DNA from: Lophium mytilinum
Taxonomy: Eukaryota
Direction of reading: 5' to 3'
Length of the DNA: 64,000 nt
NCBI GenBank assembly: GCA_010093605.1
Contig: MU004198.1
Location: 808,726 to 872,725 of the forward strand
The notes under the pieces are model-generated. The model ran no database searches and was not told the origin of the DNA. It saw only the letters and a list, made by a program, of their open reading frames with translations. This document shows, piece by piece, positions 25,346 through 37,600 of this stretch (positions are counted from its first letter, which is position 1; each line of letters begins with the position of its first letter). The position numbers and the translations under genes were made by a program.

Positions 25346-28065
25346 TCATATTTTCCTGTCTATGAACTCGTTTACTAAGTTGCGTTCCTCATCACTCCAT
25401 CTTGGTTGTCTTTTGGCTCCATCCTCCTGAAACAACGAGGTCGGCGATGCTGCGCGCTTAGAAGACAAAACGGTAGGTTGGCCGTAGACTGATGCGACAG
25501 ATTCGACGCTCTGTGAAAGCTGCGAAGGGAGGCTGCAAACTTCTTTAGTGTCTTCCTTCATTGGAAGGCTGGCTCCAGTATCTTCGAACAGCTTTTTAAG
25601 CAGCGTACTAGTGCTGGTAATGCCATATGTTCCCCAATTTTTCTTATTCACTGCAATTTGGGCTACCCGGTAATGAAAATCCTGGGTTTCTTCGTCGACT
25701 AATGGATCGTGCGTTCCGAATCTTGCAATAAACAATCGAACGGCAAGGTGCAAGTACTGTGTTGCGTTGGGTAGCTCCTTCGGAAAATTTCCCTGCATTT
25801 CGTGTATCTTCAACACAGCCTTTCTGACGAAAGCTTGAATGCAAAGGCTGTAAAAGACTGAGAGCCACCAATCATAGCCGCTTCGTAGATTTTCTTTCAG
25901 AAACATTACTCGGGAGAATTCTCGTACGTAGGCTCTTAAATGTGATTCCAAGTCTGCGATACATTCGATTTTGCAAATGGTGGAACCTTTGCAACTGTAG
26001 TGCTGGACATCAGGTGGCGTGGGGATGCGCAAAACTTCGAGGCAGCTCCGTAGGCAGATGAGTGATTGGGCGATCAATTGATTCTTGCCAGTATATCATT
26101 AGTCATTGTTGTTATCTTTGCTTTAGGGCTTTACTCACATGGTCCTGTTCTGCTTGATACGAAATAGCAGTGGCCATCAGACCATCAAGGTCTTCAATGA
26201 CTGGGACACCTTGACCCAACAAGATAGTTTCAGAGGTTGGTCGTTTTCTTAACTCCCAGTGGATGGCCAAAACGCACGTTGTGAGTGGTCGGAGAATAGC
26301 AGGCAGAGTTGCCAAACACTCTAGGGTCTTTTCGATTTCATTCTTGTCACGTTCTTCAGTTTCTTTCTTTACCAGCTCATTCTGAGCTAGGTAGGATTCC
26401 GAATCTGGCTCTGGTAGAGGTGATTTGATAGCCTCGGGTTGCAGGCTTGCATTTGCGTGCTGGCACAAAGTGATTGGAGCCATCTCTTCTTCAAGAGTTT
26501 TGCTACGTCTACAGCCGAGACGTTGCCAATGAGAGTCCCGCGCCTGCTTTGGACACGCAAGACAAGGCTCTTCAAGATCGCACTATAGATATTCAATAGC
26601 TGAATACAAGAATCATCATTTACGACTTACGGATTTCTTCAAGATCCTACACCGCCAACAAGAGCCTATCTTATTAAGCGCCTTCATTGTTGCCTTCGCC
26701 AGCTTGTCCATTGGGCCACGCCGTCCAGAAGAGACCGAAGCTTGGCTCGGGGATCGAGTAGGGTCGGCATCGAAAACAATCTCTTCGTAGCCCGAGCTGG
26801 CCTTACTGTGTGTGCTTGACGACCTATGGAACAGTCTCGGGAAGCGGCTCCTTCCACGCTGGCTCTGCGTGCTGCCTGCGGAACTAGCAAGACTAGAAGC
26901 TCGGCTACTCGTTGGTCGAGACATCATATATGGGTTATCGGTTTGGGCATAGCCGGGAGAAGAGGGCCACGAGCCAGAAGCTGGCTGTGGTATTGGTGAG
27001 TTGGTCAAAGAGTTCCTTCGGGACAGCGGCGAAGCGTAGGCCTCTTGCCCTTGTGAGACGGGATGGATATCTACTCCAAGTGGCCTTGAAAGCAAGGGCC
27101 TAGATATAAACGTGAATGTACATTTTCGCTTGAATCGCACGCAGTTGGTGCAGCGACCATCTTCTGACGCGTCGGCCCCTTTGCAACGAATCTGTGCGCT
27201 GTGAGTGACCAAGAAGCTACTAAAGCACAGGGTTGACTTACTTTACGTCTTCTGCAATTAGCACAGGCAATGCTTCTGCGCTGACCATCAGAAGGCTGTT
27301 GAGGAACCACAATATCTGGCGGTGGATCTCCACATGGAATGGAGATATTGGCTTGGGCCGTCGGAGATACAGAAGAGTTCATTTGAGAGACATAGTCACC
27401 CATGGAATGCGAAAACTGTCCAGTGACATGTTCGACTTGAGGGTCAGTCGCTGGGAAACAGTCGTGGCTGGCCATCATTATAGACAAAGACCAATCATCC
27501 ACGGGAGGATGGGCGAAATCAGCGCCCGAACACCCGGCGTGAGCATCGCGAGAAGGGAGAATATAACCGTCTGTGCTCTGGTTTGGTTGCTCGTTGAAGT
27601 TCCAGAGTGGTCCGCTTTGTCCTAGGCCCGATTGACCCGAGTGTTGACTAGAGGCCTCAAGCGCCCACAAAGGAGCTTCATGAAATCCAGTGTTTGTAGA
27701 AAAGCTTGTAAGTACACCGGGAGTATTTTCTGCATTGCTTTCGGGTAATGAAGTACAAGGTAACAACTCTCCGGACTGGGAGAATTGTAGTATGGGACGG
27801 CTAACCCAAGCAGATTTGACAGCTGCGAGATATTCGTATTCCAGTTCTAACATGTGGGCCAAAGCCTGGAGAATTCTCTGCTGAGATGGCGTTGGATTTT
27901 CAAGAGTCCAAAACTCTTTCAGCATGTCAACCTTGAATGTGACGAGTTGAGTATAGATAGATCGAGTCCATGGGTCGTTGAGATCTGGCGTGGTCAGCGC
28001 AGAAACGATAGGGGATCATCGTAAAATGGGTACATACCAGGCCCAGATATCATAGAAGAAGCCAT
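25346..28065 (-). CDS. Putative transcription factor with an N-terminal R3H-like segment and two Zn(II)2Cys6 clusters (5 exons; introns 27985-28037, 27192-27241, 26583-26630, 26084-26138)
   Basis: Spliced reading gives ACANCRRRKIRCKGADASEDGRCTNCVRFKRKC and SCWRCRILKKSCDLEEPCLACPKQARDSHWQRLGC. Canonical splice sites join ORFs 27071-27925, 26616-27212, 26112-26483 and 25346-26077. Confidence 0.8.
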
Positions 28066-29076
28066 GCTTGATTACTTGATAAGCTTAGAGGCTGCCTAAG
28101 ATCTTGCGGTCTAGATGAGGGCATTCGTGTAGAAGATGCTGTACAGTGACAGGCCACAAGTCTGGGCACACTAGTTCACCACTACTTAGGGTACCCCAAC
28201 AGGCTCTCGAAGACTTAATGCCTATATCAAGCGTCAAGCGGGCAGATTATACTGCCTCTTAACTAACTGGCTGCTCAGTAGCCAGGCTACCCACAACAGC
28301 GGTGTCGAGTGAGCAATCTGGAGCCGCGCCGTAATGAATCTGTGTGCCCAGACTTATGGCTTAGTACTGTAGAAGGCACTCCTAGGACGTCATGATTAGA
28401 GGTCTTCTGGGGGCAAAGAACATGTTAACACTATACTAACACGCCAGAATGAGCAAAGCCAGCGCAAAGTAAGATGTCCGTAGCCCACATCAGTTTCTTT
28501 TGGCACTTGTTTCTGTAGGATTGGGGTAGAACAGGGAAGGCTGAGGGTATTTGCGACTGTTATGACTCTCTCTTCAAGCGCGACGCGTATAGGCGTCATG
28601 TTAGATACAAGGACATGACCATGTAATCATGATTCTGATGAGCATGGTGGAAATGTGAAGAGAAGGCGTCGACATCCCGTTGAAGGCGGCGGTCCTCCAC
28701 TGTGGACTAGCTTCAACGCGCACGGCCTCCACGCCTTACCCAATATGGTGGACCGCCAAAGCCACTCCATCTCAGCCTTACGGCACAGTGACAGGACCGC
28801 CTCTGTTTCCGGGAGACCGCCTTCAACATTTCCATCCGCTTCATCAGAACTTAAGGACCGCCGCGCTGGCGATTCCCTGCATTGGCCTGCCATGCGAACG
28901 GGAACGACTTCGCTCGGGAGACCGCCTCCTAATCCTAAGACCGCCTTATGTCAAATGCCTAAAATGGCAGCAATAGGCACGTATGCTTTCACGTACAAAG
29001 TCAGAGCATGTTCTCTGCAGGCATGCCGCTATTGAGGCACATTACTGTGCAGTCTTCTTCTTCTTGCTAGATAGTC

Positions 29077-29796
29077 ATGAACCCCCGCACCAAAACATCC
29101 CACTCCCGAACTAGAACGAAAGCGCTTCGCCAGTCAAAGCCAAGACATCACCAGTCATACATCGTACGCTGGAGTTGTGAATTTCCCGATTGCGCATCGA
29201 CATTCTCGCGCGTCTATGATCTCATTCGCCATGAAAAGACCATTCACGGTCCTAAGCAGAGGTGTATATATCCGTGCTGCAAGTACGCCACCGCGAGAGC
29301 AGACAAAATGGATGAGCATACGCATAAAATCCATCTCCGTGGCCAAGGTAAGCTTCTCTTCGCCTATGACCAAAGCTCTCTCTAAACAAATCAAGAAACG
29401 CCGTTGTCGAGCGTGTCTCCGATTGGAGACATGACAGATACCCAGAGGAACTCCTACACTGCGAGACCAAGTCCTCAACAAAGCATCTCCGAAGCACTTA
29501 CTCCGCTTTACCCATCATTATCGTTCCTCGATTCCGTAACGGCGGTTCCTCCCAATATTCAGTACCAAGAGCCGTTCATCTACGGCACGGGAGCTAGAGA
29601 GTCGACCTACTCGAACAGCAACATGATCACTGAGCTCGAGCCGTTTGGTAACCTTGATCTGCAGTCTTTAAGGGACTATAGCTTCATTGAGAGTACATCA
29701 GAGCAATGGGGCCAGAAACCGGTCATTTACGAATGCTGGAAATGTGGGGAGGAAGCGAACGCATGCACTTCGACTTTCTATACATTCGCGACATAG
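29077..29796 (+). CDS. C2H2 zinc-finger protein (2 fingers; intron 29348-29395)
   Basis: CEFPDCASTFSRVYDLIRHEKTIH and CIYPCCKYATARADKMDEHTHKIH. The GTAAG donor and AG acceptor join in frame to ORF 29404-29796. Confidence 0.75.
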
Positions 29797-31588
29797 ATAC
29801 CACTGAAGCCAGTTTGCGCATTTTCATTCGATACCGTGCTCTATCCTTTGACATGTACTACTTGGAGGATGCGATGAGTTTCTATTTCAACACTGCGCTT
29901 GCGACTAGTAGACTTTCTTCGTTGGCGCAGGAGGGTCTGCAGATCGATGTACTGTCCGAGATAGTCGCAACTAATATTCAATCAATGCAACGAATCCATG
30001 ACACAATACCTTTTACTATTGCCTTGCCTGAGCTACAAGCTCTTGCCTCGACGTCAGTGTATGCAGTCCACCTACACGAGGTGCTTCAGTCGTATCAGCG
30101 CTGTCCCTCTAACACCAGCCTCGCCACACATGGCTAGAACCTCCTATACTCCAGCGTCTGTCTCCACAAATCTGGCCGACGAAATCACACGCAATATATC
30201 ACTGCTCCGGCTCCACTTGTGCTCTCTCGACACCACTGTCAGGAGCACCCTAGCTAGCAGATATGAGCATCGCCAGAGTGGAGTCTAATTCCCGCTGCGC
30301 TAAAATTTACATCGGATTTGAGGCTTTAAAAGCCTATCGAGGTACCTCTAGCAGTCGCCAGAAATCTGAAGAGAGGTCAAGACGAGCAGCAAATATGATG
30401 TATAAATCCTCTAGGACATGGTCAAATCCTGCACAGCGGCAGTTTTGGCAGATTTGATCGCTCTGCAAGCCGCTAACAATGGCACCAGCTCATCCGCAGC
30501 CTCTACTTCCTAATGCTTCCAGATCTTGATATCCCTGGGGTTCAATTTGCTTAATTTGCTTTCTCTCAGTCCCCTGTTCGCCAGTCTCACTATCCCCGGT
30601 TCATTTTCCCGCTACAAAGGACGCCGCTTTCTCCAGCTCAGCACTTCTGTGTCTTCATCAGCGACATCCTCTCTGAAGACAGAAATTGAGGAACTTACAT
30701 AGCACCCGCACTCCTCGACCCATGCCCACACGCCACCGGCGTCTTCAAACTCTGCAGCTTCCCGCGCGCATACGACCGCGCAGCGAGCGTCCTAGTAACC
30801 TGGAGAGCGCCGATGCCTGCGGAGATGAGGGAGAATTGGGCAATGGGTTGCATGTTGATAATCGTAAGGTTGTTGAATTTCCACGGTGGAGTTGGATGGT
30901 TATGGCGGTTCCGGATTAAGTTCTTGCTTCTTCTATTGTTGCAGAGGATATTGATTCATGGAAAGCTCTCGAAGTTGATGATTCAAAAAGGGACGAAGTA
31001 ATGGCCTTGATATACGTGATTCTTGAGCGGATCGCGAGAACTCCACGCCCGACCCTCGAACCACCACAGACGTGATTTATAAAGTATGGCAGCACAAGTG
31101 CAATTCGAGATTGCGGGGACCCCGGGCCCACGTTTCACAAAGCGCCCTCTGGAGCGAAGCGAAAATGATATTGCAGCATGTGTGATTGCGGGGGGCAAAT
31201 CTAGTGGACAAGAGACCCGACATCGAGCGAGGGGGTACACCACAAGCTACTTGTGCGAGTCGAGATAAGGAGGTGAAGCGACGGTGGAGAGACATGTTGT
31301 TTAAAGGCGTACAGAGACCTTGTGGCGGGTAAACTTGACGTCCTGAAATTCTGTACAGACTCGGATGACGATGAGGCGATGGTTGTCGTGGAAGAGGGAA
31401 CTTCGTGACAGGATTGACCTGCATAGTTTCGTTGCAGATTTGAGCATGCTTTGGCCGGCAGCTGGAGTCCTTTGGTGCTTTTATGAATTTTGAGTCGTAG
31501 GGTCTTAATCCTGTTTCGTTGATGTCCGTCTTCCTCTTGAGCTATGACCCAGATTTTGAGCACATACCATTCCAGCGACTATCAGTCC

Positions 31589-32800
31589 TCACAAGCGGCG
31601 TATAGTTCGTGCGCATGCTCTGGTCCTAGAAGTTACCCTCCTAGGAGTAGTCATCCGATCTTTATACCTTCTGCGTATACACCGGTCGATTGTCTGATCC
31701 ATTCCTTGTATGATCGAATGGCTCCTTTTATGGTAATGCTGGCTCCTGATCCACCGGACCAGCCACAAGACGTTGGTCAAGACACATCGGCGCACACTCC
31801 AGTCAGGGTCCTGGAGATCTGTGGGCCACTCAAAGTTGAGGGGATGATCCTGAATTATTTGCCAGACGAAGCAGCTGTAATGCTCGAGCACTGAAAAGTT
31901 TCTCCCTTGATCGAACGTATGACGGTCTGGACGATTGTACTTGAGAATGAATGCATGGTCCGTTGGGACCACGTGATTGCGAATTTCGGCGACGAGTTCA
32001 TCAGCAGAAGGTCCAAGAGGCCGTTTGAGATGTCCTTTCGATGAAATGAAGCCGAATTGGCTTCCAATTCCGGTGCCAGCGTCTAGGCACTCCTCTCGAA
32101 AATCCCTATAGGCAGCGTGTAAAGTATATGTATGACTGGGCATATGCATAAAGTTGAGACTGATGCCCGACATCAGCAGTAGCCCTTCGAGGGTGCCAAA
32201 GGATCTTGGTTCGTAGTCGTCCGGAGGTCTAGCTATGCCGGGCTTCTTTGGTCTTCTTGCTTCTAGCGCCTGGATGATATGGTGCCGCCCGCTACTATCA
32301 TTGTAGTGGTATCGAATGCGTTCGATCAAATGATAGAACTTCCCGACCGCCAACTTCGCCTGGTCAAAATCCTGCGGCCAAGCCAAGCGTGCGGGCCTAC
32401 ATAACGGTAATAGATCCAAGAAATCGGTATCCCATGCCTCCATCATAGTATAAATGAAGCGAGCATAATGCTCGGCAACAGAATAGTCACGGTAGAATTG
32501 AGATGGCTGTCGGCCAGATTCGCTGTCTTTCCGCCCGTTAATCACCAACAACCGAGAAACCGCGCTCAAACCTGGCCCTGCTGCATATTGAACTGGCGAC
32601 TGACGAGGGAGGCAGCGATCTCTGAAAATCGCGTAAGCATCAAGGAAGTTGGTGTTGACTTCAACGTGGGAGTCTTCGACTGGTTCTGTGGTCATCAAGT
32701 TGAGCAGCTCGATCTCATCCGACAGGCCGAGTCTATTCGCAATTTCGAGAAATGAAGGTATCGTATACGCTCCTTCACCGTGAGAAGCCTCCGAAGCCAT
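31589..32800 (-). CDS. Hypothetical protein with an internally duplicated domain; intact paralogue of the 11.6-12.7 kb pseudogene
   Basis: About 400-codon intronless ORF from ATG 32800 (MASEASHGEG), with clear similarity to 11600-12719. Confidence 0.75.
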   Translation of the reverse strand: MASEASHGEGAYTIPSFLEIANRLGLSDEIELLNLMTTEPVEDSHVEVNTNFLDAYAIFRDRCLPRQSPVQYAAGPGLSAVSRLLVINGRKDSESGRQPSQFYRDYSVAEHYARFIYTMMEAWDTDFLDLLPLCRPARLAWPQDFDQAKLAVGKFYHLIERIRYHYNDSSGRHHIIQALEARRPKKPGIARPPDDYEPRSFGTLEGLLLMSGISLNFMHMPSHTYTLHAAYRDFREECLDAGTGIGSQFGFISSKGHLKRPLGPSADELVAEIRNHVVPTDHAFILKYNRPDRHTFDQGRNFSVLEHYSCFVWQIIQDHPLNFEWPTDLQDPDWSVRRCVLTNVLWLVRWIRSQHYHKRSHSIIQGMDQTIDRCIRRRYKDRMTTPRRVTSRTRACARTIRRL

Positions 32801-33629
32801 CTCTTGGCGGGCTGATGCTTGGTGTGGGGATTGGATTGCTGGCACGCAACGCACAGCCGGAAGAGACACTCGGTCGACGAGCGTACGTGGCAAGGGGAAG
32901 GAGCGGTAGGCGGTATTGCGATGTCACGGACAAAGCTTTGGAAAAGGGTCGAGCTGATAAGAATGGTCTCAGAAGAAAAGCCGTGCGTGGGAGGTAGAGG
33001 AATCAGATCGTGAGATTGATAGATGAGTATGAAATACGAAAATTTGAAGCTAGAGCGTAAGCATTTCTCAAATAATGATTCGAGACGGTCGACACTACCA
33101 CGAAACGGCATATGGCTGTACCAAACTTTGTATGCCCATGCTCGCTTTACCTGGTACCCTACCTCTGTACCACGGCTCCCAACGAATGATAAACTGTAAG
33201 CTATCCCATCTGCTCGCCATCACTTCATATTTCAGACCTTTAACCATATGAATGTACCATCTAGGAGCGCGGAGGGTTTAACACGCGGTGTCAGATAATC
33301 ATTTGTATGTAGGGCATCAGGCGCATGTATATGGTAAGTAGTAGGTGCGGTCAGCGGCGATCCAGATTTCCCCGCTTACCAAGATTCCGATGAAAGCGAC
33401 GACCTCCCCTCAAACACCATCGCCAAAGCATCTGTCACCATCGCGCTGCGCAAGAAGATTCTAGCACTAACCCCTAAGCCTATAAAACTCTCCCTCAGCG
33501 CCTACAACAACTAAACCACAGTTCCTCTTCTCACAGCATATCGCTACTTACCTACCTACCAACAACTAAACCACAGTCCACAGCTCCATACCAGCCTTCT
33601 CAATACACCTCCCACAGCACAAAAAAGCC

Positions 33630-34145
33630 ATGGCCGCCCCAACCCACATAACCGCCCCCCTCCACCTCACCACCCTCACCGGCAGCACCACCTACGTCCT
33701 CGCCGACTTCTACGCCGACTGGTGCGGCCCCTGCAAAACCATCGCCCCCTTCTTCTCCCAACTCTCCACCCAAAACACCGTCCCCGGCGGCCTCGCCTTC
33801 GTCAAAATCAACGTCGACGAGCAGCCCGAGATCGCGCAGAAGTACAGCATCAGAACGTAAGCATGAACCCCACTCCACTCCTCTATTACAGAGGCTAATG
33901 TGTAATGTGGCTCGACTAGCATTCCAACCTTCATCCTCTTCAAGAACGGCAAAGTCGAGCAGACTCTTAATGCCGTGAATCCGAACGCGCTGAAGGCAAT
34001 TGTGCAGAAAGTGAAGACGGAGCTCGCGGCCGCCCCAGCTGCGGCGCCAGAGAAGAAGCCCGAGGCGGCGGTGGAGGAGAAGACGGTTAGTGGGAGCTAT
34101 GGCATGACTGGCGGCGGGAATAACTGGAAGACGTCGCTGAATTGA
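33630..34145 (+). CDS. Thioredoxin (intron 33857-33919)
   Basis: VLADFYADWCGPCK active site, FVKINVDEQPEIAQKY, IPTFILFKNG in exon 2, short C-terminal extension. Confidence 0.93.
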
Positions 34146-34696
34146 ACAGAAATTGTGATTGTGACGCGAGGACGATGTGGGGCTTGTGCTGAGGATGACG
34201 GTGTAGAAGCTGGTGGGGGTTGATGGGGATGGGAGTGGCTCTGGGTAGATGAAATATGGCTTACCTTCATGATATGGGGCTAGCGGAGTCAGAGAGATAG
34301 TGTTACGAATGATACCCTTTCACGATATATATGGTGCTGTGTCAAAAGTGCACATCAAATTCATCTTCCTACTACGACTCGTGGTGTTTTAACGTCCTAA
34401 CAGAAACCTGGAGTGATTGCTCACGGTCCGGTTTATTTACTCCGTCTAGGGTAGTTTGCTAACGAATCGGGCCTTCGAAGAAGAATAGCGCTGGATTTCC
34501 CCTCAAGAGTCCCTACGAAGCACTTCAGACGGCGTTCGTACAATGTCATCCAAAAAGTCTACTCGTGCTGTACCAATTCTTCCTCGTTAAGACGCAACAT
34601 CCCAATGCATCGACGAAGAGCACCTAACATACAGGGAACCAATGAAGAAACCGCCTAGACGACTAGTCCTCAAGTCCATTATTACACACTACCCCC

Positions 34697-37600
34697 TCAC
34701 ACCTCCGCCCCACAAGTCATACAGACAACCCTCTTCTCCTCCCTCCCCTCCACCCTTACAACCCTCAGCTTGAACTCGCTCCCCCCACAGCTCTTACACC
34801 TGACTTCATGCTCCGCCGCAGCTTCTACACTCCCTGCCTCTGCTTCTTCCTCCTCCTCACTACTCAACGCACTGATCGTGCTGCGCCGATTATTCAACTC
34901 CGGCCGCGGCGGCTTTAGCTGCTGACTCGAGCCCGACCCATCTCGATCCTTAAACCGATTCATATTCCAAAACGCCCAGCTCTGCCCTTCTTGCACCCAC
35001 ATCGGGTTTTGAACGTCGCGGTTATTCGCCTCGATCGCAGGATCGCTACGCGAGCGAAGCTGGATGAGCTTCATAGGGTCAACGAGGGCGCTGTGCCCCT
35101 CTTTGTCGAGCGAGCTCTTAGGTGACGTGGTAACGACGGAGGGGAGGGTTTCGGTAGTGGATGTCGGGTTTGGGGGCGGTGTGGTGTATGGAGGGTGAGG
35201 TAGGCTGGTCATGCTGACGGTGCCGACGCTCTTTCTAGGAGAGGCGGAGCGGCCTTTGCGTTTTGGGCCGCTGGCGGAGTCGAAGGAGCCGTTCTTTTCC
35301 ATGTCGCGGCGCCAGGAGAGGATGCGGTCGGAAGGGGGTTGGGTGGAAGTGCTGTCCCGCCTTGTGCGGCCAGAAGCTTTGGTTGCAATGCTGCTGGGGC
35401 GGCCGAAGGGGGCGGAGCCGATCTTCTTGGAAAATACGGAGGAGGTCTCCCATGCTTCGTTTGAGAGAGCGCGGAGGCGTTTCGCGTAGGCGCAGTCTTG
35501 ACGGAAGACCTTGATAGAGCCGGTGTAATCTGCAGTGACAATGATGTTGCCGCCTGGATGTGAAGAGCGCGCGATGTAAGCTGGCGACTCCTCAACACGT
35601 TTGAAGTGAGGGTCAGAGGCGGCTGGAGTAGCTTGTGCGCTTCCAGCGTCGGTTGGTGCACGGGAAGAATTAAGGGAGTCGGCGCGAGACATGAGCGTTA
35701 CGGGTGGTGGATTGCAAAGATCATACACGGGGTCCTCGGAGTTGCTTAGTAGCTGTCTGGTTTTGACGGGCGCCATGGTCGTGCATGTAGTGATGGATGT
35801 GTGTGCCTCAAACATTTCTATCGGCCGCTGGTTTCTCTTCTCGCCTTCAGAAGGACCAGTGGACCAGATGTATGCTTTGCGGTCCTCGCTCCCACAGAGT
35901 ACGTACCCTGCATCTTCAGAAAAGGTCGCACGGATCTGGCTGTAGTTGTTCTCATGCCCCCTGAACTTGACTTCCAAGCTCTTATCCCTGAAGTTGTAGA
36001 GTCGTATTCTGGAGTCGTTACTTGAGATCAAAAGTTTAACCTCACCATTGCTCTTCTCTGGCGGTATGCTCATCGTCTGTATACCAGTAATTTTGCTCCC
36101 TTTTGCATTTTTGCCATGACTTGACTTGACGTGGATTTGGGTTTGGTATTTCAATCCTTCCGTTTCGTAAAACATGCAAAGGCCGCTGAGGGTACCTGCT
36201 ATGCACGTCTTTCCATCAGGAGTAAATGACACAGCCGTGATCATGTCTGGCAATTGATTCCAGAAAGCCACGCTTTTATCAGGTATACTCCATAGTCGTA
36301 ATTTCGTGTCAAGAGAACCTGCAAGGAAAAATCGGTCATCTCGCGGATGGAATTGGATTGATGGGACGAAATCGGTATGCTTGAAGGTACATAGACATTC
36401 GCTTCTGCTAATGTGCCATAACCGTACCGTCTTGTCCATAGAGGACGAGAGAAGGAAGTTGTTCTGGCATCATTAGCGCTGGGCATGTTTGAGGGCATGT
36501 GCACAAGAGTGATGGCTAGGTGGAATTCATCCCCAATAGCGGGGTATCCCCGGGCTATGCCAGTGCACCGCTCTCAGATCTGCGCTTTATACTCAACAAA
36601 TCGCATAATAGCTGGGCGCCACCGGCTCGAAGTTGAGATAGAACTGGTACGTTCGCCGTAATCTTTCCCCGTCCGCCGGTGGACCATTAATAGGAAGGAT
36701 AAGGGTCCCGGTAACCAGTTTTCCTTTACCGCAAGCCTTTGCCTTCTGCTGAGCATATTGTATTGGGTATGGAGCGGGCGCTGACTTGAGAGGGCCCAAC
36801 AAGCTAATCGTGATCTGTTGAAGGAACTTTGGGTATATGCTCCCAATGCAGCAGACTTACTTTACTCCAGCTCAGGTCCAGTATCGTTGCCGTGTGGCCT
36901 AGATACTCTCGAAACGTCCCACTCTGGAAGACAGGCGCAGTCAGCTGTAGCCGTCGATCATCCGCGGCTACCCCTTCTGCCTCCTCTTTCTCATGGCGTC
37001 TTCGCTCTTCAGGCGTCGAGATCACAGCCCATACGCGGACAATCCTGTCTTGACCGCCAGCGGCTAGATACTTTCCATCTTTACTGAACTCGGTTGCCCA
37101 AACAGGATCGTTGCTTGCTGCAGAGCCCGATGGAGTTGGAGGAACACCCGCCCCGTCTACTGGCTTTTTCTTCTCGGCCGGATTCTTCTTTGAACGTAGC
37201 TCTTGCGCCAGAAACAGCCTATTGAACTCCTTCTCTTTCTTGAATTTCGTCCTGACTTTGATGTATGCAGGTGGTTGCGGATATCGCGGAGAAAAGCCTA
37301 GATTATCGAACGGTTGAGAAAAGAGCTGTGCGTCCATTCCTTCAGGCCTCTCGCCAGTTTCCGATTCATCGTCACCAGGGCCGTCGAGGGTGCCTTTCTT
37401 TTTGTTTCCCATGAACCGGCTAAGGAACGAAACACCTTTCCTGTTTCCCGGGTCACACGTCAGCACTGTCAGCACTCTAAATACAGCTCCCAACCACCTG
37501 GGCCTGCTGCTCTGAATGTTCGACTTGCACACCAATCGCCAATGCCCTCTCTACAGAAGCAGAAACAAACCCCGTGAGCAGCCTATGTTTAGCTTGGGAA

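Noticed and set aside
29800..31560. Short ORFs between the C2H2 gene and the hypothetical gene
   Set aside because: No recognisable motifs or consistent splice structure.
11600..32800. Starship or other giant mobile element
   Set aside because: No tyrosine recombinase (DUF3435-type) gene or boundary repeats recognised.
36530..36800. TPP riboswitch, SRP RNA, RNase P/MRP, telomerase RNA or hammerhead identity for the structured intron
   Set aside because: GAGCCGGTG and CTGAGA resemble TPP pieces, but the GATAATACCAGCGAAAG part is missing. No SRP helix-8, P4 pseudoknot strands, telomere template or CUGANGA core was seen.
36593..36802. 69-aa ORF inside the long intron
   Set aside because: Non-ATG start and no recognisable motif; better explained as structured non-coding sequence, although a poison exon is not excluded.
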